The translations under genes and the position numbers were made by a program. The notes beneath the pieces were generated by a model, which worked only from the letters and a program-made list of their open reading frames with translations, ran no database searches and was not told the origin of the DNA. Shown in pieces: positions 1 through 9,711 of a stretch of 64,000 bases of DNA. Location of the stretch: NCBI GenBank assembly GCA_951812955.1, contig OX638340.1, positions 3,648,001-3,712,000 on the forward strand, read 5' to 3'. The number at the start of each line of letters is the position of its first letter. Positions within the stretch are counted from its first letter, which is position 1. The DNA is from an uncultured Gemmatimonadota bacterium (GTDB lineage: Bacteria > JAAXHH01).

Positions 1-660
1 TTCGACCCGGGGCCAGGAAAACCGGCCGCCGGGTTGCGTGTCCACCCGGAGCGTGACCTCGGCCGCGACTTCCACGCCCGATCCGGAAATCTGTCCGTCG
101 CCCATGCAGGCCTTTACATCGCCCAGCGACAGCAGGGCGCCGTTGACCTGGACGGGAAGGTAGACCCTGGACCCGGTCGTGATCTCCAATGTGTCCATGT
201 TGCCGCCGTGTCTGCCGGGGTAGACGGTTTCGATCTCCCCGTGCTTCGTGGCCACGCCAAGGACGCCGATCACCGGGCGCACCGGAAGGGCAAGCCGGTC
301 GTCCAGCTTGACTTGATTGTCGTCTACTTCCAGGACACGTACATTGTGATTCTGGATGTCCTGCCCGGGGACGCCCGCTTCCGAACGGACGGCGAACACG
401 CCGGTATCCGACGTTTTGATCTCCTTCACCTGAATGGAAAGCACGTCGCCGATATGGGCTTCTTCTATGCATATGGGACCGGATACGGGAATACCGTCGG
501 ACTTGTCAACGTCACCATGGGTTCGGGGTTCTTCCGTAAGGAGACCCCGGAAACAGTCCTGTGTTTCCACGACGACGGTCTCACCGCGGTTCACAGTAAT
601 GGCGGGTGAGACGTTCGGGCCGAATACCTGGTGTAACTGGTCTCTGGTTACCCGTCTGGT
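1..660 (-). CDS. Acetamidase/formamidase (FmdA_AmdA family), N-terminal part of the gene; the gene continues beyond the window start
   Basis: The minus frame is in the same codon phase as the spurious + ORF 34..609. Around 540-660 it reads ...FGPNVSPAITVNRGETVVVETQDCFRG, which matches the N-terminus (..AYRVNRG..GETVQVET..) of the complete paralog at 7730-8662. There is an in-frame stop at 727-729 and no ATG between it and the conserved block, so the start is uncertain (GTG at 594 or a non-ATG start upstream). Confidence 0.5.
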
Positions 661-765
661 CAGGACTGCTTGCTCGTTCTTGGACGTCCGCGACGTCCTG
701 GATGATCTGCGAAACAAAATAGTATTACCTCTCTTGGATGGGTTGGTGAATCCAACTGGAGCGGC

Positions 766-1785
766 TCAACCGAAGAGCTCATCTCCATATGCGAATATGG
801 CGGGCGTACCTCCCGTGTGCAGGAAGACGATGGTGTCGTCTGGCTGGAAGCGCCCTTCCCTGATGTGTATGGCCAGGCCGTCCATGGCCTTGGCCGTGTA
901 TACCGGGTCGAGTACGATGCCCTCGGTCCGCGCCACCAGGCGCATGGTCTCGAGGCTGGTGCGCGACGGTTCGCCGAAATCCGGTTTGGCGTATTCGCAC
1001 GTGACATCGAAATCTTCCGGCGTGAACGTTTGTTTCAGTCCGATGACCGAGGCGCATTCGTTGGCCACGGGTGCGAGACGTTCCTGCATTTCCCGGTCGT
1101 CCCCCACCCAGTAGTTGAGCCCGACGGCCTTGAAGCAGGCGGATACGGCGCGCAGTCCGACCACCAGGCCGACGATGGTATAGGTCATGGAACTCGTGTA
1201 GATTGCCTTGGGCGCAATGCCCCGCTGTGCCAGTTGCTCGCACAGTTCCAGGGTGGCGTCCACATAGGCCACGGCGCGCAGGATCGCACCGTCGCTGCTC
1301 GTGTCGTAGGGTTTCGATCCCTTTGTTTCCAGCTCCTTCATCTGCTTTTTCAACTCGTCCTTCACGGTCAGGGGAAAGACGTACTTGATCTGGTCCGCCA
1401 TGAGGTGGTTGAGCAGCAGGTTGCCGGAAACGGGGTAGGATCTATGGTCCCGCGGGATGACCACGATGGACTTCATGCCGAGCCGTGCGGCGGCGGCAGC
1501 GGTCTGCGCGGACTGGTTGGACTGGGAATCGGACCCGTGGAGCAGGCAGTCGCAACCCCTGTCGAGGGCTGGACCCAGCGAGTAGGTGAACTGGCGGGCC
1601 TTGTTTCCGCCCATGGCCAGTCCGGTCATGTCATCGCGTTTGACGAGAATTCGGGGGCCCCCAAGGGCTTTCCCGAGGCGAGGACAGTCCTGTAGCGGAG
1701 TGGGCAGGTGGGCCACCGGCGCTCGGGTGAACCTGCCCAGCAGGTGACGCAGTTTCTGCGCGGCGTCACGGTCGTACAACTTCAA
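766..1785 (-). CDS. PLP-dependent ACC deaminase / D-cysteine desulfhydrase family enzyme
   Basis: 339 aa ORF. It has the Lys-containing KRDD.TG..GGNK.R motif and overall collinearity with DcyD/AcdS (N-terminal ..LP.TPL.., C-terminal ..LDPVYTAKA..HTGG). The start is TTG at 1785, with GGAG about 9 nt upstream. Confidence 0.85.
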   Translation of the reverse strand: MKLYDRDAAQKLRHLLGRFTRAPVAHLPTPLQDCPRLGKALGGPRILVKRDDMTGLAMGGNKARQFTYSLGPALDRGCDCLLHGSDSQSNQSAQTAAAAARLGMKSIVVIPRDHRSYPVSGNLLLNHLMADQIKYVFPLTVKDELKKQMKELETKGSKPYDTSSDGAILRAVAYVDATLELCEQLAQRGIAPKAIYTSSMTYTIVGLVVGLRAVSACFKAVGLNYWVGDDREMQERLAPVANECASVIGLKQTFTPEDFDVTCEYAKPDFGEPSRTSLETMRLVARTEGIVLDPVYTAKAMDGLAIHIREGRFQPDDTIVFLHTGGTPAIFAYGDELFG

Positions 1786-1845
1786 TATGACTGCTCCAAC
1801 AGGCGGTACGCGGGACCTCCGCTTGGAAAGGTCCGTCGCGTTCGC

Positions 1846-3618
1846 CTAATGACCGAATGCAGCGCCCTCGATCCGGGGGTCCGGCGCACCCAGGCGATAG
1901 CCTGTGTCGGGGTCCACCATGATACTGTGGCCGTCACCCTGGCGGTAGGATCCACCGCCGAATCCGCGGCTGCTGAGCTCATGGCCCTTGGCCTGCAGTG
2001 CGTCCGCTGTCTCGCGCCCCACTCCGCCTTCCAACCGAAGGAAGTCCGGAAACCACTGGTGGTGTACACGCGGCGCGTCGACCGCTTCCTGGATGTTCAT
2101 GCCGTGATCGACGACATTCAGGATCAGCTGCATAGTCGTATTTATGATAGTGCGTCCTCCGGGGCTGCCCACGACCAGGTACAGATCGCCGTTACGCGTA
2201 ACGATGGTCGGCGACATCGAACTCAGCATACGCTTGTTCGGTTCGATGATATTCGGCGGCGTGCCGATCTGTCCGGTGGTTCTCGTGATCCCCGGCTGAG
2301 GATTGAAATCGCCCATCTCATTATTCGTGATCATGCCCGTTCCCGCGATGACGATGTGGGAGCCGTACCCGCCTTCGAGCGTGTAGGTGTTCGATACGCC
2401 GTTACCCCACTGGTCGACAACGGAGTAGTGCGTGGTCTGGTCGCTCTCGCTCGGCATCGTCAAATCGGGTCCCAGTTCTTCGCTGGGCGTGGCGAAGAAG
2501 GGATCGATCGTGGACCGGAGCTCTGCCGCGTACTCCTTCGTCGTTAAGTGTTCCGGTATCTCGACGAAGTCCGCGTCTCCAAGGTGCCGGGCACGGTCGG
2601 CGTAAGCCCGGCGCATCGCTTCGGCCATGATATGTAGTGTATTGGAGGAGTTATGGCCCATCCGGCCCAGGTCGTAACCTTCAAGCATGTTGAGCATAAG
2701 CGACATGGTGATGCCGCCGGAGCTCGGAGGGGGCATGGAAATGATCTCGTATTCCCCCCGATACTTGTTTCTAACGGGTTCCCGAATGATCGCCTGGTAG
2801 TTCGCCAGGTCGGTCCGGTCGATCATCCCTCCCCCGGCTTTCATATCCTTTTCAATCAATTCGGCGGTCACACCCTTGTAGAATCCGTCGTGGCCGTCCC
2901 GGGCGATGTGCTTCAGGGTTTCCGCCAGGTCTTTCTGAACCCACCGGTCGCCTGCCTGCCAGGCCTCGCCGTCGCTCCGGAGCATGGCCGCCTTGCTAGC
3001 CGGGATCTGATTGAATATGACCGTTCGGCTGTTCAATCCCCGGGCGATGCGCTCTGTCAGAATGAACCCGTTTTCGGCGAGATCGATGGCGGGCTGGATG
3101 ACTTCCGCCATGGACATGGTGCCGTATTTCTCCAGGGCCAGGGCGAATCCGGCCACTGTACCCGGCACGCCGATGGCCAGGTGGTGTATGCGGTTGGTCG
3201 GAGGATGGTAGGTTGAACCGTCGCGGCGGGTGAGGGTGATGTTCGGGTTCACCGCGCGGTTGCCGTCTTCATCCAGGTACATCCGGGCATGGGCCTTGCC
3301 CGGCGCTTTCTCGCGGTAGTCGACCGCCACGGCCGTTCCGTCGGCCATGCGTATGATCATGAACCCGCCGCCGCCGATGTTGCCGGCGGATGGGTGGGTC
3401 ACCGCCAGGGCCAGTCCGAGCCCCACGGCGGCGTCTACGGCGTTACCGCCCTTCTTCAGGATGTCCGCGGCGATCTGTGTGGCCAGAGGTTCCACCGCGA
3501 CCGCCATGCCTTTCTTGCCGACGACCGGCTTGCGGGACGCCGCATTGGCATCATAGATCGATAAGGCCGAGATAAACAGGCCGCATATTGCGACCAGGAT
3601 TGTCAGGCGATGCTTCAT
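1846..3618 (-). CDS. ggt: Gamma-glutamyltranspeptidase with N-terminal signal peptide
   Basis: GGT hallmarks are present, including the catalytic Thr in TTHYSVVD and the GGGG/PPSSGG blocks. I moved the start from 3702 to the internal ATG at 3618 (MKHRLTILVAICGLF.., a signal peptide), which has GAGGA 7-8 nt upstream. Confidence 0.9.
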   Translation of the reverse strand: MKHRLTILVAICGLFISALSIYDANAASRKPVVGKKGMAVAVEPLATQIAADILKKGGNAVDAAVGLGLALAVTHPSAGNIGGGGFMIIRMADGTAVAVDYREKAPGKAHARMYLDEDGNRAVNPNITLTRRDGSTYHPPTNRIHHLAIGVPGTVAGFALALEKYGTMSMAEVIQPAIDLAENGFILTERIARGLNSRTVIFNQIPASKAAMLRSDGEAWQAGDRWVQKDLAETLKHIARDGHDGFYKGVTAELIEKDMKAGGGMIDRTDLANYQAIIREPVRNKYRGEYEIISMPPPSSGGITMSLMLNMLEGYDLGRMGHNSSNTLHIMAEAMRRAYADRARHLGDADFVEIPEHLTTKEYAAELRSTIDPFFATPSEELGPDLTMPSESDQTTHYSVVDQWGNGVSNTYTLEGGYGSHIVIAGTGMITNNEMGDFNPQPGITRTTGQIGTPPNIIEPNKRMLSSMSPTIVTRNGDLYLVVGSPGGRTIINTTMQLILNVVDHGMNIQEAVDAPRVHHQWFPDFLRLEGGVGRETADALQAKGHELSSRGFGGGSYRQGDGHSIMVDPDTGYRLGAPDPRIEGAAFGH

Positions 3619-3958
3619 TGATCTTATCCTCTGTTCCGCTGTTAGGTACTTAGGGAAGCTTCGAGTTTGATGCGAACTTCGGAGTTTACTACACTTCACC
3701 ACTGGATTTCATGCCTGCCCTTCACACTCGCCTGGAAAGCAGGCACAGGCAATTAAGGCGGGGTTCCCGGTCAAGTCAAGGTCTATATGTTCTAATTTGC
3801 CGAAGAACGATCACTATAAATGTACGCCGTACTGCCTTTTTGCCTTCAGTTTTTCTCTGTTGATCGGCCCGGCTCACCATCGTATATTCGAACGATGTTT
3901 CAAACACAGAAAAACGACGGCTGAACTCATCCGCGAGACCCATCCACAGGTGCCCTTC

Positions 3959-5104
3959 ATGCGTAAACACTACCGTTTGATGATCCCAGGTCCCATCGAA
4001 ATAAGCCCCGACGTGGCGGCCCACATGGGCGATCCGATCACCGCCCACTACGGAGATCGCTGGGTGGAGATCTGGCGCAAGACCATTTCCAATCTTCAGC
4101 GCGTCATCGGGACGGAAGGCGATGTTTTCGTACTCGTGGGATCGGGTCACACGGCCAACGACGTGGTCGTGAACAGCCTGTTCAATCCCGGCGACCGGAT
4201 TCTGACCCTCGACAATGGCCTGTTCGGCCGGCGTCTGGATGATCTCGCCAGGGCGTTCGGCCTTGATTCCGTGGTGTTGGAGAAGCCCTGGGGCGTTCCC
4301 TTCGAAGCTTCCGACATCCACGAAGCGGCCGCGGCCAATCCCGGCCTGAAGGCGGTATTCATGGTGCACGGGGAAACTTCAACTGGCGTGGCCAACCCGG
4401 TACGCGAGCTGGCCGCCGCCGCGAAGGAACACGGCATGCTCGTCCTGGCGGACACGATCGCGTCCCTGGGCGGAGAGCAGTACCTGATGGACGCCTGGGA
4501 CATCGACGTCACGGTCTGCGCCTCTCAGAAGGCACTTGGCGCGCCGCCGGGCCTGGCCCTCGTGGCCGTGAGCGACCGGGCATGGGACGTCATGAAAGAC
4601 CGGCGCGAGCCCCGCGGATTCATGGGCGATCTTCAGAACCTGCGCCATTTCGCCGTTACTCAGGCCGACGTCCATCCCCATCCAGGCACCATGCCCGTCA
4701 ACAACTTCGTCGCCCTGGAGAAGAGCACCGCTTCGATCCTGGAGGAAGGTCTCGAGGCGACCTGGACCCGCCACAGAAAGATCGCCCGCGTGGTGCGGGA
4801 AGGGGTCCGCGCCATGGGACTGAAGATCATGGCCGAGGAACGGGCCGCCTGCGTCAACATGACGGTTATCCTTTCGGAAGACCGGTTCAAACCCGTCGCT
4901 TTTTCCGATTTCATGAAGGCCGAGTACGGCATGCACGTCGGCCTGGGCCTGGGTGACTACGTGAATCGGTCGATCCGAGTGGGCCACATGGCGCACAACG
5001 CCAACCTGGAGGCCGTAACGCCGTTCCTGGTCGGCCTGGAACAATACCTGCGCCGGCAGGGCTTCGACGTGGCGCGCGGAGCGTGTCTGGCCGGCCTTGA
5101 CTGA
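3959..5104 (+). CDS. Class V PLP aminotransferase (serine–glyoxylate / alanine–glyoxylate / serine–pyruvate aminotransferase-like)
   Basis: Class V fold-type I blocks: GPIEISPDV, VHGETSTGV and the SQKALGAPPGLA region containing the PLP-lysine. I trimmed the start from the TTG at 3797 to the ATG at 3959 (MRKHYRLMIPGP). Confidence 0.85.
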   Translation: MRKHYRLMIPGPIEISPDVAAHMGDPITAHYGDRWVEIWRKTISNLQRVIGTEGDVFVLVGSGHTANDVVVNSLFNPGDRILTLDNGLFGRRLDDLARAFGLDSVVLEKPWGVPFEASDIHEAAAANPGLKAVFMVHGETSTGVANPVRELAAAAKEHGMLVLADTIASLGGEQYLMDAWDIDVTVCASQKALGAPPGLALVAVSDRAWDVMKDRREPRGFMGDLQNLRHFAVTQADVHPHPGTMPVNNFVALEKSTASILEEGLEATWTRHRKIARVVREGVRAMGLKIMAEERAACVNMTVILSEDRFKPVAFSDFMKAEYGMHVGLGLGDYVNRSIRVGHMAHNANLEAVTPFLVGLEQYLRRQGFDVARGACLAGLD

Positions 5105-5155
5105 GCTGCCGGCCTTGACTGAACTGCCGGTCTGGACTGCCGGCCTGGACCGACC
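5091..5155. repeat. Imperfect short tandem repeat (about 18 bp x3: GGCCTTGACTGAGCTGCC / GGCCTTGACTGAACTGCC / GGTCTGGACTGCC..) spanning the aminotransferase stop and the downstream spacer
   Basis: Read directly from the sequence at 5091-5155. Confidence 0.5.
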
Positions 5156-5237
5156 TCTGGGGCCTGGAAAGAATGCCTCTGGTCGGCTTGTACTGATTCT
5201 ACTTCAATCTCCACCGACGATTCGGGAGAAACCGATC

Positions 5238-5564
5238 ATGATCTACGAAGAACGCATCTATAAAATCATGCCTGGCCGCGTGCCGGACATCCTGGACCGG
5301 TTCACCAACCACGCCCTGCCCCTCTTCGAGAAGCACGGCATGAAGCTGGTGGGCTTCTGGCAGACCGTGATCGGACCCAGCAACCACGAACTCACCTACC
5401 TGCTGGCCTTTGAGGACGCGAACCACCGCGACCGCACCTGGGCGGCGTTCATGGCCGATCCCGCCTGGATCAAGGCCAAGGCCGAAAGCGAAACGAACGG
5501 TCCGCTGGTGGCGGACGTGGCCAACCGGCTCCTCGCGCCGGTTCCTTTCTCTCCCCTGAAATAG
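5238..5564 (+). CDS. NIPSNAP family protein
   Basis: 108 aa. The sequence MIYEERIYKIMPGR..FEDANHRDRTWAAFMADPAW is typical of NIPSNAP. The ATG at 5238 has GGGAGAAA 8 nt upstream, so the longer ORF from 5097 is rejected. Confidence 0.7.
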   Translation: MIYEERIYKIMPGRVPDILDRFTNHALPLFEKHGMKLVGFWQTVIGPSNHELTYLLAFEDANHRDRTWAAFMADPAWIKAKAESETNGPLVADVANRLLAPVPFSPLK

Positions 5565-5582
5565 ACTGTCCCTTTCGGATTC

Positions 5583-7658
5583 ATGGTAAAATCCCCAAGA
5601 CTCAAAAAAGAACTCGGTTTCTTCGAAGTGTACGCCGTGGCGACGGGCACGACGCTGAGCGCAGGCTTCTTCCTGTTGCCCGGCCTGGCCGCGATGGAAG
5701 CCGGTCCGTCCCTCGTGCTGGCCTATCTCCTGGCGACCCTCCCCCTCATTCCGGCCATGCTGTGCATCGTGGAACTGGCCACAGCCATGCCCCGTGCCGG
5801 CGGCGTGTATTACTTCATCGACCGCTCTCTGGGTCCTTACGTCGGACTGATTACCGGTGTCGGAACCTGGCTTGCGCTCATCCTCAAGGTCACCTTCGCC
5901 CTTGTGGGAATGGGCGCCTATATTGCCCTGTTCTTCCCCGGCCTGCCGCAGAAACCCCTAGCCATTGTCCTGGCCGCTGGCCTCGGCGCGGTGAACTATT
6001 TCGGTGCCCGGAAGAGCGGCCGTCTACAGATCTACCTGGTGTTGGGCCTGTTGCTCCTCCTGGCCGGCTTTATTGGTGGTGGAGTACCGGCATTGGAATC
6101 TGCTGCTTTCGAGGGACTCTTCGACGTCGAGGTTACTACGCTCATGGGGACGGCCGGTATGGTCTACATCAGCTACGTGGGCGTAACCAAGGTCGCAAGC
6201 CTTTCGGAAGAAATCGAAAAACCGGAGAAGACCCTTCCCCTGGGCGTGTTCCTTGCCCTGGCCACCTCCGTCCTGGTATATGGTCTCGGCACGGCTATTA
6301 TGGTGGGTGTGATTCCCATCGAACGCCTTTCGGGCGACCTTACGCCGGCGGCAACTGCGGCCGAAATACTGTATGGCTGGTGGGGAAGCCTGTTCATCTC
6401 GGTCGCGGCCCTGCTCGCTTTCGTCTCCGTGGCGAACGCAGGCATCCTGAGCGCTTCGCGCTATCCGCTGGCGATGAGCAGGGACCAGTTGCTGCCCGGC
6501 AGAATCAGCCACGTAACTTCCCAGGGCGTGCCGGTCATCTCGCTGCTGCTTACCGTAGCAAGCATCCTCGTCATCCTGGTGGCCCTGGACCCCGTGGGCA
6601 TCGCCAAGCTGGCTAGCGCCTTTCAACTGGTCGTCTTCGCGTTCGTGTGCCTCGCGGTCGTCGTGATGCGGGAGAGCAGAATCGTCGAGTACGACCCGGG
6701 ATACCGATCGCCCTGGTACCCCTGGATGCACATCGCGGGCATGGTCCTGCCCTTCTTCGTGGTCTGGCAGATGGGTTGGCCCGCCATACTGTTCATCGCC
6801 GGGTTCATTGTCGCCGGGACCCTGTGGTATTTCTACTACGCACGGTTCCGGGCCGACCGCAATGGCGCCATCTACCACATCTTCGAACGGTTGGGTCGCC
6901 TGCGACATAAGGGCCTGGATTCGGAGATGCGGGATATCCTGAAGGAAAAGGGTCTCCGGGACGAAGACCCTTTCGAAGACATGATCACGCGATGCCAGGC
7001 CGTCGATCTGGAGCATGAAATCGAATTCGGGCGGGTTGCCAATGAGGCGGCAGAGAGGTTGTCGGCCCGTATCGGGCTTTCAGTCAATGATATCAGCGAT
7101 CGATTCATGCAAGGGACCCGTGCAGGCGGAACGCCCGTGGCAAAAGGCGTGATGCTGCGCCATTTTCGAATACCGGATCTCGCCCTGCCTGAGCTGGTGC
7201 TCGTCCGTTCGTTCGAGGGCGCACGTGTGAACTACCAGAACCCCGTGACCGGCTTGCAGGATTCAGACGAGATTCATGCGTTTTTCTTTCTGGTCAGCCC
7301 CTTGGAAAACCCCGCGTTGCACCTGCGCATGCTGGCCAGGATTGCGAATCGGGCCGATGACGAGAACTTCGGCCAGGTGTGGATCGCCGCGGTCGATGAG
7401 CACTCCCTTCGCGACATATTTCTGCGTCATGATCGGTACCTTACCGTCCCGGTCCTCCCCCAATCGCCCGCAAGCGTCCTGATTGGAAAGCGAATCTCGG
7501 AGATAGATATCCCCGAAGGATGTCGAATCGTGTGGATACGCCACTTCGATGAGGTTATCATCCCCAGGGGCGATACCGTGATCCAATCCGGCACGCTGCT
7601 GACCGTTATCGGAGAGCCCAACGACGTGAACGTTTTCCGACGAAAGTACCACGCCTAG
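5583..7658 (+). CDS. APC-superfamily amino-acid/polyamine permease fused to C-terminal cytoplasmic PTS-EIIA-type-2 (PtsN-like) and TrkA-C (RCK_C) domains
   Basis: 691 aa. The N-terminal ~430 aa form 12 TM helices with APC signatures. Next comes an EIIA-2-like domain with a retained His (..GVMLRHFRIP..). The C-terminal ..IVWIRHFDEVIIPRGDTVIQSGTLLTVIG.. is an RCK_C fold. Confidence 0.8.
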   Translation: MVKSPRLKKELGFFEVYAVATGTTLSAGFFLLPGLAAMEAGPSLVLAYLLATLPLIPAMLCIVELATAMPRAGGVYYFIDRSLGPYVGLITGVGTWLALILKVTFALVGMGAYIALFFPGLPQKPLAIVLAAGLGAVNYFGARKSGRLQIYLVLGLLLLLAGFIGGGVPALESAAFEGLFDVEVTTLMGTAGMVYISYVGVTKVASLSEEIEKPEKTLPLGVFLALATSVLVYGLGTAIMVGVIPIERLSGDLTPAATAAEILYGWWGSLFISVAALLAFVSVANAGILSASRYPLAMSRDQLLPGRISHVTSQGVPVISLLLTVASILVILVALDPVGIAKLASAFQLVVFAFVCLAVVVMRESRIVEYDPGYRSPWYPWMHIAGMVLPFFVVWQMGWPAILFIAGFIVAGTLWYFYYARFRADRNGAIYHIFERLGRLRHKGLDSEMRDILKEKGLRDEDPFEDMITRCQAVDLEHEIEFGRVANEAAERLSARIGLSVNDISDRFMQGTRAGGTPVAKGVMLRHFRIPDLALPELVLVRSFEGARVNYQNPVTGLQDSDEIHAFFFLVSPLENPALHLRMLARIANRADDENFGQVWIAAVDEHSLRDIFLRHDRYLTVPVLPQSPASVLIGKRISEIDIPEGCRIVWIRHFDEVIIPRGDTVIQSGTLLTVIGEPNDVNVFRRKYHA

Positions 7659-7729
7659 GGCTCGTAGCTGGCAGCCACATCGCGCATGTCGGCGTCGGCG
7701 ATGCCCGCTTCCCGGCGCATGTGCCACGC

Positions 7730-8662
7730 CTAGGGCACGTAGGGCGTCCCTGTCCGGTGCAGTTCCTTGGTTACCGCCATCTGACACGTCACGTAGGCGT
7801 GCACATCCGCGTTGCCGCGGCGGTTCAGCAGGCCGGCGGAGTAGCCCGGGCGGGCATCCGCGATGGTGCCCACGATGAGGTTTGCGTATTCCACGGTAGT
7901 CTCGTACCGGTCCGCGATGAGGGCGTTCATCTCGCTCCAGGCGATCTTGACGGCTTCCTCCCAGTTGTAGCCCTGTCCGCTGGTCAGGTATTCCTCCCGC
8001 GACTCCACGATCCGGGTTTTCTCCACGACCGGCGCACTGCACGGAAACCCCTGCGATTTATCCACCTTCATCGTGATCGTCGAATCGATTTCCACGCCCG
8101 TGCCGGTCAACTCGCCGTCCCCCATCCGCGCATGCACGTCGCCCAGGGTGAGCAGTCCCCCCGGTTTCTGGGCGCGGATGTGCACCGTGCTCCCCGGTTG
8201 GATCGCATTGAAATCCATGTTGCCGCCCGTATCGATCTGGTGGGGAGCTACCGATTCCAGCTGTACGACGCCGATCATGGGCCGGACCGGCACTACGAAG
8301 TCGGGTGGGAAATGAACGAGTCCGTCTCGCACCGGCGCGATCAGTCGCAGGCTGCCCCAGTGCGGTCCGCCGTTGCGGTAGAAGCCGTAGGGACCGACTT
8401 CCATGTCGATGATCTCCACGGACACCCAGTCCCCGGCCTCGATACCCTCGATGAAAAAGGGGCCACACGGACGCGAATGCCGATAGGGGTCCACGTCCAT
8501 GACCGCCCCGGCCCGCAGGTCCTTCTTGGCGAGGTAGTCCTGGTCGTGTCCCCCGTAGGTCTCCACCTGGACCGTCTCTCCAGGCTGGAGCACGCCCCGG
8601 TTTACACGGTATGCCGGGTCTTCGGGGCCGGACAGGTAAGGGGTGCGGGTGAATCGGCGCAT
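7730..8662 (-). CDS. Acetamidase/formamidase (FmdA_AmdA family)
   Basis: VNRG..PGETVQVET..D at the N-terminus, with family collinearity throughout. I moved the start to the ATG at 8662, preceded by GGAAGGAG; position 8680 is a GTG. Confidence 0.85.
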   Translation of the reverse strand: MRRFTRTPYLSGPEDPAYRVNRGVLQPGETVQVETYGGHDQDYLAKKDLRAGAVMDVDPYRHSRPCGPFFIEGIEAGDWVSVEIIDMEVGPYGFYRNGGPHWGSLRLIAPVRDGLVHFPPDFVVPVRPMIGVVQLESVAPHQIDTGGNMDFNAIQPGSTVHIRAQKPGGLLTLGDVHARMGDGELTGTGVEIDSTITMKVDKSQGFPCSAPVVEKTRIVESREEYLTSGQGYNWEEAVKIAWSEMNALIADRYETTVEYANLIVGTIADARPGYSAGLLNRRGNADVHAYVTCQMAVTKELHRTGTPYVP

Positions 8663-8859
8663 GAGATACTCCTTCCTCACTGGGCTGACAGATTATGGAG
8701 TAATAGAAATCATTCTGTATTGCCTTGATGTGTTTTTTGTCACCTTCGGGCGATTGTGCGTTATATTCCGGATTGTATTCGTTCCTTCGACCCCTTACAA
8801 GCCCAAAAACAGCGCCAATGCGCGACCAAATACGCGCTGCGCGCTGCGGAGAACTGCCC

Positions 8860-9711
8860 ATGCGACTGACGGAACAGCAACATGCGTTTGTGGATACCTT
8901 CGGCTACCTCGGTTTTCCTGGGTTATTGAAAGACCGGATCGACGAGATCATCGACGCCTTCGAGTCCGTGTGGACCGAGCGCGGCGGCGGGCACGACGGA
9001 AGGCCCCACGACGGTACGGCGCGGTCCTGCATCGTGCCCTTCATCGATCAGCATCCGGTGCTGTCCTCGCTCATAGACGATCCTCGGGTCAACGGCATCT
9101 TCAGCAGCCTCCTGGGCGATGATTTCGTCTACCTGGGCAGCGACGGCAATTTCTACGTCAGCGATACCAACTGGCATTCCGACACGGACTGGTCGGGCAA
9201 GATGCGTGGCAAGCCGCCCCGCATCTACTTCAAGATGGCCTTCTATCTCGATCCCCTGACGCGGGATTCGGGTGCGCTTCGGGTGATTCCGGGCAGCCAC
9301 CGGTACGGCGACGCCTATGCCGAAGCGCTGGAAACCCGGATCAGGAAGTCGGGGGAAAACTGGGGCGTCGAGGGCTGGGAGGTGCCCGCGGTGGCGCTCG
9401 AGACGCAACCGGGCGACGTCGTCGTATTCAACCAGAACACCAAGCACAGCGCCTGGGGAGGAAGCGACCGGCGCAGGATGTTCACGATCAATTGTACGGC
9501 GCGTTTCGCCGAGAAGGATATGCAACTACTGAAGAACGAGATCGCCGCGGGCGCCCGGTTCTGGCTCGACAGCGTCTACGGCGAAGCCATGCTGGAGACG
9601 GCCGGTCCGGCGCGCATGAAGCACCTGGAGCAGCCCCTGGCCCACCAGGACCACCTGGCGGAGGAAGTGCGGAAGGCTAAACTGCGGATGGCGGAGCCGT
9701 CGAGGGGTTAA
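8860..9711 (+). CDS. Phytanoyl-CoA dioxygenase (PhyH) family Fe(II)/2OG-dependent oxygenase
   Basis: WHSD..W, ALRVIPGSHR and a later H in ..KHSAWGG..RR: the His-x-Asp...His facial triad plus the Arg. The start at 8860 (MRLTEQQHAFVDTFGYLGFPGLL) aligns with the paralog at 21932-22720 (MFQLESHQKEFMDTFGYLHFPGLL). Confidence 0.8.
   Translation: MRLTEQQHAFVDTFGYLGFPGLLKDRIDEIIDAFESVWTERGGGHDGRPHDGTARSCIVPFIDQHPVLSSLIDDPRVNGIFSSLLGDDFVYLGSDGNFYVSDTNWHSDTDWSGKMRGKPPRIYFKMAFYLDPLTRDSGALRVIPGSHRYGDAYAEALETRIRKSGENWGVEGWEVPAVALETQPGDVVVFNQNTKHSAWGGSDRRRMFTINCTARFAEKDMQLLKNEIAAGARFWLDSVYGEAMLETAGPARMKHLEQPLAHQDHLAEEVRKAKLRMAEPSRG

Noticed and set aside
34-1695. Plus-strand ORFs 34..609 and 817..1695 antisense to the formamidase and ACC-deaminase genes
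   Set aside because: In high-GC DNA the same-phase antisense frames stay open by chance. The products have no recognisable family, and the opposite strand carries clear homologs.
7721-8728. ORF 7721..8728 (+) 335 aa and 7263..8042 (-) overlapping the formamidase gene
   Set aside because: Antisense or overlapping high-GC frames. The formamidase on the minus strand has strong family support.
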